Assembly (NCBI GenBank): GCA_951406725.2
Contig: OX597818.1
Coordinates: 16,058,001-16,122,000 of the forward strand
Direction: 5' to 3'
Source: Octopus vulgaris
Taxonomy: Eukaryota
DNA length: 64,000 nt
The notes beneath the pieces are model-generated. The model did no database searches and was not told the origin of the DNA. It saw only the letters and a list, made by a program, of their open reading frames with translations. Positions 34,767 to 49,002 of the stretch are shown piece after piece. Numbering within the stretch: the stretch's first letter is position 1; every line of letters begins with the position of its first letter. The position numbers were made by a program, and so were the translations under genes.

Positions 34767-34769
<3 letters not shown>
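34502..34769. repeat. Near-perfect ~270-bp palindrome (Penelope-like inverted tail)
   Basis: Arms 34502-34637 and 34640-34769 are reverse complements around a 2-nt loop (gacaagg-aa-ccttgtc). Confidence 0.9.
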
Positions 34770-34804
<35 letters not shown>

Positions 34805-34843
34805 AATAGCGCGGAAAGCGGACGTTAAACGATGATGATGATG

Positions 34844-34896
<53 letters not shown>

Positions 34897-37800
34897 GTAT
34901 AATTGTCACGGCTGTTTATATTAATTTTTATGATATATATGTATACATATTATATATATATATATGCATATATATGTATATATTTGTGTGTGTGTATGTA
35001 TGCATGCATATATGTATATATATATATATGTGTGTGTGTGTATGTCTGTATGCATGAATATATGTATATATATATATATCTATATATACATATATATGTG
35101 TGTGTGTTGTAACCTACTCAAGTGCATGTCATCTCTCTTTCCTCCTCACCCCATTTATTGTACTATCATTTCTATTCTGCTACCCTGCACTATCAGACAT
35201 CCTTTACACCCTACACCACTCCTGGCACCCATGCCCTACCTATTTCTACCCACCATGTACCTGAAAGTACCCTCTGACATCTAATTACCACTTACATTAC
35301 ATTCTAAATCTAATCTACCCCTCTTCTCTCTTTCTTCTAAAAAAAAGGTGAGTTGTCATGTCACCACTGCTCTGCAGCAAGAAACCTGTTCTGTTCTGGC
35401 CCTTTCATACCTTGCTACTCTCCTCTTATTCTCCTAACATAAAATTTCCCTAGCTATTTGAGGTTCATACTCTTTTAAACTACATGGTAACCTCACTATG
35501 CTGGTGGCACACAAAAAGCTTCAAGTACATGTTGGGAAGTGGTTGGTTTTAGGATGGGCAACCAGCTATAGAAACCAAGCCAAACATATACTGAAGCAAG
35601 GTGCAGTCTTTGGGCCCATCAGATCCTTTCAAACTGTCCAACCTATGCCATCATGGAACATGGTTGTTAAATGATGATGATTGTGGTGATATACACATGC
35701 ACACACAAACATGCACATATTTATATTTACATTCTGTAAAGTGGGTGGTGTCAGGAAGGGCAGATCAGGCTGTAGAAGCCATGCTAAAATTGAAATGAAA
35801 GAGCCCAATGTCGCCCTGTGGCCTGTCTGAGAGGAGTAACTGTGAATAAGAATTGGATTGCTTTGCTCATGACGATGTGTACAGCTCATACCGGCATGAA
35901 ATGTGCATGTAAAATGACAATGATACTACATATACATACAACATACATATGCACATGCATGTGTACATACATACATACATATATATGTACATACATTCAT
36001 ACATACTCTTATAGATATTGGTCCTGCATTTACTGCACTTTTCTCTTCTATCTCAGCTCTTCATGCACTCAATATACACACACATATACGTAAATGTGTA
36101 TCCAGGGCATCCAGCCATAAAAACTGTGCCAAAACATACACAGAAGTCTGGTGCAGTCCTCTGCCTGGCCAACTCCTGTCAAACCGTCCAACCCATGCCA
36201 ACATGGGAACATGGATGTTAAACGATGATGATGATGATGATGATACATAAATGTATACTATTGGGCTTCCCTTTTTAAGCTCTCCTTCTCTTCACCAGAT
36301 ATGGCAACTTTTTGAGTAACAAGTCAATTTGGGTACCTCTATGCCATTGTTTGACCTGTAAGAAATGTTACCCAAATCTCTACCAAATCACTCTATCATC
36401 TGAAAATAAGAAGGACATACTCTTAGATATGCAGTCAGCTTCCCAAGTAACAAGAACCTCAGGGATATGATTTACTGTTATTGGGAATTTTCCATTGTTT
36501 AAAATTTTTTTCTTTTGTTGAGATCTATTTATTATTTAAATTAAAGGATTACAGTAAATAAGAAATAGAGACAATTTAAAAACCAAACCAGTTTATGTAG
36601 TAAACATCTTTTTATTTGGCTGCTAAATGACAAATTAAGTAACTTAAACCAAAGAAACTAAAAAAAGGTATGAAATTAACTAAAGGAAAAAACAAATCAT
36701 TTTCAGATTTAAAGAAACAAGACATATGATTTCACTGAAAGGGTTTGTAACAGAGAGGTTATCCACCTGTAAAATATTGCCTCAGAATATAAATACAACC
36801 CGTGCCAGCATAGAAAAGCAGATGGTGATGGAGACAATTATTATTATTATTAAAGTCTGCTGAGGTTGACTTTGCCTTTCATCGTTTTGGGATTAATAAA
36901 ATAAAGTACCAGTCAAGTACTGGGGTTGATGTAATCAACTAACACTCCCCCCTAAAATTGCAGGTCTTGTGCCAAAATTTAAACCCTTATTATTATTATT
37001 ATTATTATTATTATTTTTTATTTTTTTATTTATTTATTTTTTTTCAAAATGCTGTTATGTTTGAGCTTTCCATTATAGATACCGTTATTTTGAAAGTTTA
37101 CTTTATAGTATGTCAAAATACATACCATCTTTTTATTACAATTTTTTTCTTAAAAAAATGGGGTGAAAATATATGGGCTGATCATGGATGAAATATCTTT
37201 GATCATAGGTCTAAATCGATAAAGGCTGATCTGGAACGACACAATAACTAAACAAGTGATTAAACTACAACAAAGTGATCAGACAAAACAATCTAGGTGC
37301 TATGTGCATCTTGGGTAAACATACACACAGTATTCTCATCTTCACTAGTAATAAACAAAACATGCTTCTTTGCTTGTGTGTCTGTGTGTGTGCATAATGT
37401 GTCTGTGTGTGTGTGTATTTGTGTGTATATAAATCTTTTATCTTAATATTCTGGTTAACAAACTCTGATTACCATAAGGTGTCATATTTTTTTTCATCTT
37501 CTCATGATGTTTACATCTGATGTATTTTTGATATTGCATTCTCATTGAATATCATGATAACTTTAAAAGGAAGAGAAACAAAATTGACTGCAAAAATAAA
37601 TATATATATATATATATATATACATTTCCCATATTTTTGCAAGGAATTACCTAAAGAACTTTCCAAACTTCTCAACAACATAATGCTCTTGTTTGTCATG
37701 AGGAATAATTATTTCAAAGAAGAATTTCTTTTTTTTTAATAATAGTAATAATGATAATAATAATAATAATGATAATAATAATAATAATGAGCATGTCCCT

Positions 37801-38341
37801 TAGTGGCTGACAATATGTCCATCTCTGGTCACAAGCAGGAGTATTTGGGGAGCATCATAGCCATGTGTTGAGCGGAATTCTTTGGGGTTTGGATAATTCA
37901 CCTCTGGGAACATGGGTGTTTTATTCAACATCCTTAAATAACCTTACAATATACCGTTGCTAATCATAGATAACACCCATAGTAAAATGTTCAACTTGTT
38001 GTTACTTGAGATCTCTGGATAAGTTTGGAACAACTTGTATAAAACAAAGCAACAACAGTAAATAGTACTACTTATGATGATAATAATAATAATACAAATA
38101 AGTTTATTATATTTGAAAACAACAAAAACACTGATTTATGATTTAGCATATTTTAAAAGTTTATTTTCTCATTTCTATTTCTATTATTAAACTCTACTGC
38201 TTTGTCATTTACTTCCTTCATCCTGAGTTTGAAGACAAGATTAAAGATTTAGGAATTATATCAGGAATTGCAATATATATAAGCATATTTATATATATAT
38301 ATATATATATATAACATACATACATACATACATACATATAT

Positions 38342-38424
<83 letters not shown>

Positions 38425-41400
38425 AATAACAAATGAAAGACAAAAGATGGAATATACGAGAATATATTATTAATCACAACAATTGTTTCAACACATCTAG
38501 CATCAACTCCTATTGTGGAACACACAAAAACGGATTCAGGAGTATCCGGTGGTGAAGACGTATCTCGTCGGGTGATAAATAAATAAAAAATCTCGTTAAA
38601 TGACTGTTCCATAGTGCAACTTTCCATTTTGTAGAGAGAAAAACTGCCAGACGTATATATATATATATATATATGTATGTATATATGTATGTATGTATAT
38701 ATATGTATGTATGTATGTACATATATGTATGTATGTATATATATGTATGTATGTATATATATATATACATTTGTATATATGTATGTATATATATATATGT
38801 GTATATGTATATATGTGTATATGTATATATATGCATGTGTATATATATATATGTATCTGTCCTTTCTTTATTATATACATTTTCTTCATCTGTCTTTACA
38901 TTCTGAGTTCAAATTCCGCCGAGGTTGACTTTGCCTTTCATCCTATCGGGGTCGATAAATTAAGTACCAGTTACGTACTGGGGTCGATCTAATCGACTGG
39001 CCTCCTCCCCAGAAATTTCAGGCCTTGTGCCTAGAGTAGAAAAGATTATATACGTTTTCTGTTAGTTTTTTGAAATTTATATTTTATTTTTCATATTTAC
39101 TGTTGCATCTAATAAAATACTCAAAAATGTATACAATACATTTTTTTCTGAACAATTCAAAGAATCAATCTGATTTTCGACTCAATAAAATTTATAATTT
39201 TATCACAAAGAAAAAAATCAGCAGTTAAAAATATTTTTCATTTGATGAGAGGAAGTTTCTAATATTTTGTGCCAAGATTTTCTTTGGATAAATCTGGCAA
39301 AAGCTATGTTCTGGAAACTCTCCAAAAAAAAATGTGAGAAAAAAAGCAAACAAACAAATGCATGATATTCTCTGTTCATTTGGAATATGATGTATAAAGG
39401 TTGTTTTATTAACCGACATCGGTTGTTTACATTGCACATATTGATAGAATAACTTTTTTTGAGAAAGTAACTCTTCTTTTGTCTTTTTTCTTTTGGGGTT
39501 GGAGAATGTTAGAAGGCTGGGAGGGATGCTTTACAATATCTGCTCCAGCTCTTTGTGTTCTATCAGTGATACTTGCAATGACACTGGGGCTAGGCTGTAT
39601 CACACCTAGTTGGTGGCTTTTCCCTTGGATAAACGTCGATGGTATGGGAAGTGGAGATGTACATGCATGAGCAACTGTCAGTCTACCTCAGAAATATTGC
39701 TCAGGTTTGTGCATACTTGTGCAGCTGTGTGGTCAGCTTAGTGGCATTTTTTCCGTCTTTATGAGTTCAAATTCTGCCAAGGTTGACTTTGCCTTTCATA
39801 CTTTCAGGGTCAATAAAATAAGTACCAGTAAAGCACTGGGCTTGATGTAGTCAACTTATCCCTTCCTCTGAACTTGCTGGCCTTGTGCCAAAATTTGAAA
39901 CCGATATTAAATTGTCATCAATGCTTCTGTAATTCTGCTTTCTCCTAGGTTAGAACGTTGGCCCTACACAAATCCATTTTACCTCTGGGAAGAGGTGGTC
40001 CATATTCGTCTGACCTCTGTCTTTTAATCCTTTAGTGCTTAAACTGACCATATCTAGCTCAAATGTTCCAGCTGTTTTATGTTCAAACTGGCATGATCCA
40101 GTCCTTTACACCTACTCTACAACATCATTTTAAAAGTAAACAAACACACTATTGAAATTTCAAAATTCAAAGCAATATGAAGAAATAAGTATTACATTCA
40201 ACAGAGTAATCTGAATGCTAAAGGGTTAATCTGTCCACTATAGGAGGCTCTATCAGAGGCTTGTGCCCTGCTGGCTTAGTTCTCAGGGTCATTGAAGCAT
40301 ACAAGCCTCCTCAGCCTAACAAGAACTGGATCTGTGGTAAACATCGTCATAGATACTCTTAAAGAGGCAAAATGGTCACGGTTGAAACAATAATCTTAAA
40401 GTTGTACTGGGTCTAAGCAACACTAATAATTTGTTGCAGGTAATACTTCTCTGATTATAAGATATATCTTTTTTTTTTATTTGATTGTTTAGAGACTTGA
40501 ATGACCTAAAATCAAACATTTGAACTAGAGACACAGTTTAACTCTTTAGCAATCAGATTACTCTGTTGAATGCTATGCTGCACATTCGTTCACATGCTTC
40601 AGAATTAATCATGTATTATCTTGTAGCTTTGAGATTTCTGTGATTGTTTATGATTTGAATGACATTATCAGCTAGGTGTGAGAGGCCAGATCTGGTCAAT
40701 TTGCACATGAAACTGCTAGAACATTTTGGGCCAGATATGGCCAATTTGAATGCTGAAGTATCAATAGATTTGAGAATTGATGAGAGCCATTAGAAGTAGC
40801 ACAGAACACCTTGTATTTTCTCCTGTGCTTTGCAATCAAAACCCATCATGGTTAAATTTGCTTGTCATTCTTCCAGGGATTGATAGAAGGAAGTACCAGT
40901 CTATCGATTAGGTAATTTAGCAACTCAGAGTGGCCAGTGGCATGTATTTCAACAACAAAGATGAAGGATAGGGTAAGGGTAAAGATCCCCTTCGATCATG
41001 AATGACCATGGGATTGCACCTAGAAAATATCCCTCTGAGGCACAAATCTGGGCAAGGTTGTTTATGGAAGACCAACAGTTGCCCATACATATCAGCCTTC
41101 CCTCTCTATGCCACTGGTGTTATCCATGTGCCTTAAATAATATACAAGATAAATTCTTGATTTACAATATTTACAAAATTACTTACCCCATTAGCATTTA
41201 AACTGGCAATATCCAGCCAAAATATTCTACTTACTTTTATGTTCAAACTGGCTATATCTGACATCTCTCACCTACCCTAGGTGTGAGTGTCATTTTGAGC
41301 ATAAACATTCACATAATTGAAACCTCAAGGTTACAAGATAATGCAGGATGAATTCAAAACAATGTGCATATATATGCATTATATTTGACAGAGTAATCCG

Positions 41401-42221
41401 AATGCTACAGACTTATAGCATTTGTTCTGGGTTCAAATCCTGATGAGGTCACCTTTGTCTTTCATCTTTTGAGGTTGATAAGATAAAATCAGTGGATTGG
41501 TGGAATAGTTTGAACATTGGAGAAAATACTTTGCCATATTCTGGGTTCTGTGATCAAATCTGATTAATGTCAGTATTATTTCATGCTTTGGGAGTTAACA
41601 AAATACCAGTGCAAGAAAGTAGATTGGTAAAATTGTTAAGTTGCTTTCTTGTTTTTCTTCCAGCTTTTTGCAGTCTGTGTTCTTTGATAAACTCAATCCA
41701 ATCCATTATCTGGTTTAATACAATCACTGGTCTTTGGATATCTTTTAACAAAGTTCACTTTGCTCCAAGCATTTGGGCCTGGTTTCCAGTTCAAGGACAA
41801 CTTCCTCCTTGCCCCTCACCAGTCTTGGAAGTCTTTCTCCCCTCGTGCCAAAATATAAAGTTATGCTCACTCCTCCCTTCTCTGATTAAAGAGTGTAAAA
41901 AAAAGAAAGGAAAAAAAGAGAGAGAAGAAAATTCCTTAAGCATTTCCACTTATACAGGTGTGAAATTGGATTGATACATGACAAAATAATCTTGGCAGCT
42001 TTATACAAAGTTTTCAGTCCCCCCTCACCCGTCAGTTAAATACAGAGTTACTTCCCTTCGTATAAATGTTGAATTTCTGTGACCGTGCGATAAGAATATA
42101 TTGAACTTATCCGTTATCTTTCACTTATTTCAGTCATTAGACTATGGCCATGGTATGGCATCGCCTCTAGAAATTTTAGTCAAACGAATCAAACCCGGAT
42201 TCTTTTTTTTTTTTATTTTTA

Positions 42222-42608
42222 CGTGTGGTAAGTAGCTTGCTTACCAACCACATGGTCACGGGTTCAGTCCCACTACGTGGCACGTCTTCTACTATAGCCT
42301 CGGACCGACCAAAGCCTTGTGAGTGGATTTGGTAGACGGAAACTGAAAGAAGCCCGTCGTATATATGTATATATATATATATGCATGTGTGTGTATATGT
42401 TTGTGTGTCTGTGTTTGTCTCCACAACATCACTTGACAACCGATGCTGGTGTGTTTACGTCCCCGTAACTTAGCGGTTCGGCAAAAGAGGCCGATAGAAT
42501 AGGTACTAGGCATACAAAGAATAAGTCGTGGGGTCGATTTGCTCGACTAAAGGCGATGCTCCAGTATGGCCGCAGTCAAGTGACTGAAACAAGTAAAAGA
42601 GTAAAAGA
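42222..42608 (+). mobile_element. tRNA-derived composite SINE
   Basis: Same family as 6960-7352, ending in gtaaaagagtaaaaga. Confidence 0.8.
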
Positions 42609-43211
42609 TTTAGTCACTGGCCATCTGAAAGTATTGAGACTGGGATAGCTCTGATGTTCATTTTGAACAGCTGCCCATCAACGACTGCAGGAAAATCATA
42701 ATCTGGTAATGAATTCTCGAGGGAAAGAATGGTTGGGAGAAAAAAAAGTTTAGTATTGGGCGACAGATTGAAATGTGAAGCACATTTACAGTGATGAGAA
42801 AAGGAGAGAGTGATGTGTCATGTAGGCACAGGTGGAGAGGATACATGTACAGTTAATTCTTCCGAGGTCATTGTAGTGGTGTAAGTACAAAAGGCAGTGA
42901 GTTTGCGTCTCTGTGAGTTAGAGATTGAAGAGGGTAGGTAATTGTTGCCAAAGCATGTTTAATGATGAGCCAATGAGAGAGTACTTCTATATGGTTGCAT
43001 GACCTACTAGAAATAGGAGCCGTTAAAAGCAAAGATAAATAAAATGAAAATAAACGATCTAAAGTAAATAAGATACAATGAAAGAGAAATAAATATAAAA
43101 TCACATCTTTGTTTTGTGGTTTGAAAATTTTACTATCTCCAAACAAATTTTACTATATTCTTTCCTGAGCGGGAATACACTTCTCTCTCCATACACACAC
43201 ATATATATATA

Positions 43212-45820
43212 CTAGCAAACGCACCTGTCCTTTGGACGGTTTAAGTTGCTTTGGTGGTATTTTTTCACTTTGTTCCAGGTGCCACCTGAGCTCAGCGAGC
43301 CGTTTGCTCAGTGGTATCTCCCATGAAGTAAATTTGAAGGAATCGGTGTTCAGCGTTGTTGATAGGAAGAATAGAACCTATCCGATAATAGGTTGGCCCC
43401 GAATTTTGAAAGTTGGCATATAAGAGTCCTCATGAATGGTTTTGTGACGGAAACTTATCATCTGGAAGGCAGAGTTATAAGCACGAATTTTCTGTATAAA
43501 TTGCTACGAATCAGGGTGTTGACCAAGGAGTAAAGAGAGGAAAGGCTGAGGAGTGTTTTGCAGGTCAGGCAAGCGAACCTTTCCGTTTGAGCAGCATAAG
43601 CCACTGGATTCTCCAACCCACTTAAGGGCCTTGCGAAATGGACATATTACAGACATATTCCCTTTAACAGTCTCTCAATGAGTGGCGTAATCCTCGGCAG
43701 GATCACAGTTGAGTGCCTTTGATGCCCATCATTTGCTCGGTGGCTTCCAATAGCCATGGGCAAGAACCTTCCAATGAACTTTAGACTGAAGTCTCATCAT
43801 CCGATGGTTATCGTCATCTGCCAACCTCGCGGCAGAAGTGCATGCAGCGTTGCGTGCCTGACGGATAACACTCTTTTGTGGGGTTTTTGCGGTCCTTGCG
43901 TCAGCAACATGCACTCGATAGGTTTTCGGTTCTCTGGAGTAGTTGCAACTCTAGCAGTAGCAGCTCTTTTCAACAGTCTACTAGATCTCTGGTCCTCGGT
44001 TTCCTTAGCCTGCCTGCGCTGCAGAAGACTTTCTGCCAGTGCGTGCTCTCTTTTTAGGTGGCATGCTTGTATTATCCGGAAAAGGTAAATGGGTTTTAGT
44101 GTGCCAAGTGATTATTGATTCTATTATAAGCTAACAAAAGCCCCTTTATTCGGTCTTCTCACATAGCCTGCGCATAAAGTAACCACGAATGTCACATAAA
44201 GTGAAATTGGTATGGAGCTTTCTGGGTTCTAGAGTTCTAATCTCTGTTGTTTCTTCATTTCTTTTTTTTTCTTCTTTTATCTTTTTCGGAGGAGATTCAC
44301 CATTTCCCCCCTTCTCCACCATTGTGGTCTCTGTTTCTCTCTCAGGTTTGTTTCCATTTCTATTTGATTTCTCTCTTCCACCACTTCTTGTTCGTGTTTC
44401 TGGGGGACACTTTGCTTTCATGTATCCCCTTACTCCACAATTGAAGCATATTGGTAGTTTACCCTCCACCATGACTTTCAGTCTGGTCTCATCGGGTAGT
44501 ATAATTCCCTCTGTAATTTTGTGAGGGCCAGGCCATCACTTCAAGGCCATACCCACACCAATTGACCTCCGCTGTCTTGGACATTTTTGATATTTCTACT
44601 TCCTCTTCCGTGTTATAGAGGATGGCTGCCACAAGTCCTCATTAATTTCTGGTGGCACACTCCCTATTCTTACTCTGGTTGCGCGTCTGTCACAGAAAGT
44701 AGGCAAGAGTGCCCATTGTGCCGTTTTCAAGTGGAGTACTTCTTTGCTTCGTTCTCATTAACGAAGCGTACCTCCACCGTGCCAAATTTTCTCCTTCTGT
44801 TATAAAAAGTCGTCACTTCCATGACGTCTTTTAAGCATTTCTCTATTTCTTCTACGGATGCTACTTCAATTTTCCGTATCGTCATGTTCAATGTTCGATA
44901 TGTTATTATTTTTCGTTCGTAATTTTCTGCCACTTCTTTGGGGTGGTGGTGGTGGTGTTAGTCTCAAACACCTCCTTTTTTTAATAGGTTGTTGAACTCT
45001 TTATAATCTGTATCTTTAACCTCCAGCTCCCGTATCTGCAGCAGTCCCACTGTCAGATTTTTTCCTGTTACATATATATATAATATAAATAATATATAAA
45101 TATATGCATATATACATACATATATGTACATACCTACATCTATATGTATATGTACATGCATATATGGGTACAGGACAAAAAAAAAACGTTGAACACAATG
45201 AGAAACGAAAACATAAAAACAAAAACATGGAAACGAACTATTTTTCAAACATCAAAAGAACAGAGTACAAGACACAACACAAGAAATATTCCCCTTCTTC
45301 AGTTGTCCCTGTTTCGTCTATTCCGCGTTTTCGAAGGTAAGGACAAGACGCGACTTTGTTGAAACAATCCTTCCCGCAAAGCAAATTAAATAAAATTTGA
45401 GAATTTTTGCGGATTGGTAAAAGTGGTAACAAGAACAGGACAGTAAAAACAATATAAGTAAAAGCAGTAAAAGACAGAACAAAGAGAATAACACAGTAAA
45501 AACAAACGATGAGGGCTGTTCAGCCAAGACGATGGAAAAATTATTTTGCACGCTTGAGGATACAGCTTATTATGAGAGAGACAGGAAAGATGGCTTCCCT
45601 CTGGTCACGTGTCAGTGACGAGAGAGTCAAGGAGGAGGAGTAAGAGAGATGGAACAGTGAAGGGGGGAGGATAAGAATAGGGAAGGGTGGGAGAGAAAAA
45701 CAGAAAGGATGAAGAACAAAAGAGGGTGAGAGATAGATAGAGGAGTGAACATCATAATTATTAAGACAAAAACTTACTTGGAAAAGGATGCGTGGCGTTC
45801 GATCATATAATAATATAAAT
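43212..45820 (-). mobile_element. Internally deleted Helitron with RepHel N-terminal remnant (43450-44064)
   Basis: 3' CTAG at 43212 with a subterminal hairpin (gtcc-ttt-ggac). The minus strand reads MPPKKRAR, ETEDQRSSRL, then GNMSVICP..KALKWVGESSGLCCSNGKVRLP...KIRAYNSAFQM.SF. The 5' boundary is approximate. Confidence 0.75.
44190..45570 (-). mobile_element. L1/Tx1-like LINE 5' UTR + ORF1 fragment
   Basis: RKFGTVEVRF and the zinc knuckle CFNCGVRGYMKAKC are homologous to ORF1 at 58605-59102. Confidence 0.7.
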
Positions 45821-46508
45821 AATATATAAATATATGCACGTATGTATATATATATATAGGATCTTTGTGGTTTGAATCAATATCTCCGATTTTGTTCCAA
45901 TTGTTTTCAAATTTGGCATATGGATTAAGTTTTGTATACTAATTATGAAAATGAAAATCAATTCCTCAGTTAATTAATGCTATATGTTTTGAAAAGCTCA
46001 AGGCGGCCGTAAAAGTTGGTTTTGTTATTGTAACGTGATAGTCTTTGATGTCGAACTGAAAAAAAAAAAGAAAAGAAAAGATAAAAAGGGAACTTGTAAT
46101 TAAAAAGTTATTAGCCTTTAAAGTTTTCAAAACTTGGGTATTTTAGCCAATCAGAAGCGAGTGAAGTTCTGTTAGCATAGTAAGCAAAGAATTCTGTTTC
46201 CATAGTAACCAAAGATGCTGCGCATGCACACAGGGAGTATAACCGCAACGTGTTCCATAATTGCTTGTTTTCGCCCTCACCTTCTCGCTTATGTGATAGA
46301 TGAGGGAAGAGACAGCAAACACGCTGTTTTCTGATTGGCTGAAAATTCTGAATATTATCAAACTTTGAACAAGATTTTTCTAGAATAAATAACAAATTCG
46401 TATGCAGCGTCACAAATTACATCTATATGGTGCATGAAAAATTTTTATGAATTCGACTTGCAGTGATGCAAAGCACAAATATCTTATACATATGTGTGTG
46501 TGTGCATG

Positions 46509-46549
<41 letters not shown>

Positions 46550-46576
46550 GTATGTGTGTGTGTGTGTCTGTGTATA

Positions 46577-47845
46577 CAGGGGTTGGACAAAATAATGGAA
46601 ACGCCTTAAAATTTCAAACAAATATATTTTATTATGGGGCAGGACCGCCTTTGGCAGTAATTACAACTTGAATTCTACGACGTATGGACTCGTACAAAAT
46701 TTGAATTGTTTCCAAAGGAATTTTTGTCCATTCTTCAGCTAAAACAGTCTCCAATTCTTGTAGTGATAATGGTGGAGGATATCGACTCTTTACTTGTTTT
46801 TCTAAAATGCACCATAAATGTTCAATAGTATTGAGATCTGGGGACTGTGCTGTCCAGATAAGATGTTCAACTTCATTAGAATGTTCTTTGTGCCATTCAG
46901 TAACAACTTTAGCTGTGTGAATTGGTGCATTATCATCCTGAAAGATTGCATTTCCCTCCGGAAACAGTTCCGCAACCATAGGATGAATTTGATCAGATAA
47001 AATGCTTAAATAGTCTTGACTATTAATTCTGCCATGAAGGGAAACCATTGGGCTGGCGGATTTCCAAGATAAAACCCCTCCAGATCATCACAAATCTTCC
47101 TCCATGTTTAACAGTTGGAAGAAGGTAGTCTGGGTCAAATTCTTCTTTTGGCTGTCTCTACACGTATACTCAGCCGGTGGTCGGAAATAGGGTAAAGGAT
47201 GACCCGTGCAAGAAAATAACATTCTTCCACTGCTCTAGGGACCAATTCTGTAGGTTTTACTCCGTTCTAAATGCTTTGCAACGTTTGTTCTTGGAAGAAG
47301 TGGTTTTCTGATTGCAGCCTCCCGTGAAATCAGACTTTGTGCAGCTCCCGGCGAACAGTTTTGTGGAAACTGGGCTCTCGAGGAGGTCATTAAGCTTTGT
47401 AGTAATTTTGGGAGCTGTACTTTTGTGATCCTTCCTAACAACTTGCGTAAGAGTCTGGCGGTCCCTATCTGAAAGTTTTGGTTTTCTTCCGGAGTTTGGT
47501 TTCGATGGGGAGGTTTTTCACTCTTTCTCAAAGGCTTTCATTACTTTCCAGACAGTACTTCTTGATACACCGAACGTTTCGGCTGTTTTCGTTACGCTGG
47601 CGCCTGCCATATGAGCACCAATAATTTGACCTTTGACAGCCTGATAGGTCTGTCATTTTACTAAATTTTTATTACCTTTTTCTGATGACATCTGAAAAGA
47701 AACAGCAATTTTATAAAACATGTTAAGCAACACTAATAATAAATAAAAAAAACATAAAAATAAACAAGCTTTTGACGGTTTTATAGATATTTCAAAATTA
47801 GGTTACTATGATGCTATGTGTTTCCATGATTTTGTCTAACCCCTG
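46577..47845 (-). mobile_element. Full-length Tc1-like element, frameshifted transposase
   Basis: TA TSD; TIRs caggggttggacaaaataatggaaac / gtttccatgattttgtctaacccctg; FQDDNAPIH...QSPDLNTIEHLW (DD34E-type). Confidence 0.92.
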
Positions 47846-48244
47846 TATATATGTGTGTGTGTGTGTGTGCGTGTGTATAATTAAGGGATAAATCATTAAA
47901 ATTATTGAATTTTATCAGTGGCTAGCAAATAAAAAAAAAAACTTCGGTAAAATACATATATAGAGATATATAACTGCATAGGGTACGACTATACTAAAGG
48001 GCACAGAAGCTATCATACCTATATGTCATCAAACTAATCTAGAAATTGATCAATCGAAAACTACCTGAAATATTTTATGAACTTTTTGTCAGTCTGCTTT
48101 CCCACTTTCAACCTATGTATATATGTGGAGTGAATATATACAGTGGTTTGACGTATTTGGCGTCTATTTTCAGCATATACTCAGGGTAGCTTCTGTGCCC
48201 TTAAGTATAATTGTAGCCAATACAATTTTCTCTCCCTTTCTCAT

Positions 48245-48281
<37 letters not shown>

Positions 48282-48504
48282 TCTTTACTCTTTTACTTGT
48301 TTCAGTCATTTGACTGCGACCATGCTGGAGCACCAACTTTAGTCGAGCAAATCGACCCCGGGACTTATTCTTTGTAAGCCCAGTACTTATTCTATCGGTC
48401 GCTTTTTGCCGAACCGCTAAGTGACGGGGACGTAAACACACCAGCATCGGTTGTCAAGCGATGGTGGGGGGACAATCACATACACACAAACACATACACA
48501 CACA

Positions 48505-48544
<40 letters not shown>

Positions 48545-48662
48545 AATACGACAGGCTTCTTTCAGTTTCCGTCTACTCACAAGGCATTGGTCAGTCCGAG
48601 GCTATAGCAAAAGACACTTGCCCAAGATACCACGCAGTGGGACTGAACCTGGAACTCCTGCA

Positions 48663-48719
<57 letters not shown>

Positions 48720-49002
48720 ATCCAGGCTCAATGTGATACCATAAAGGATAAATGCAATCGTCACTAAGGGTGCCGAAATACATACATTGCTAGAAATAAG
48801 AGTTAAAATACTCTTAATGCAGTAGGAAGAATGTAAATGTATACATATGCTGACAGGGGAGGTAACCGCTCCATGACCGTCTCGAGCAGTCACCATAATA
48901 TATGTTTACCTCTGCTGAGTCCTTTAGTTTCATTCAAATATTAAATGATTCTGAATCGTTTTTCTAAATGCAGTATACTTTGTTGTGAAATAGAAGGGAT
49001 TT

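Noticed and set aside
39105-39195. AATAAA pair as the SGPL1 polyadenylation signal
   Set aside because: AATAAA is frequent in this AT-rich DNA and these sites are 5 kb past the stop; the call cannot be supported without transcripts.
47985-48210. 23-bp inverted pair tatactaaagggcacagaagcta / tagcttctgtgcccttaagtata
   Set aside because: The pair is real but short, and the boundaries and class of the parent repeat could not be determined.
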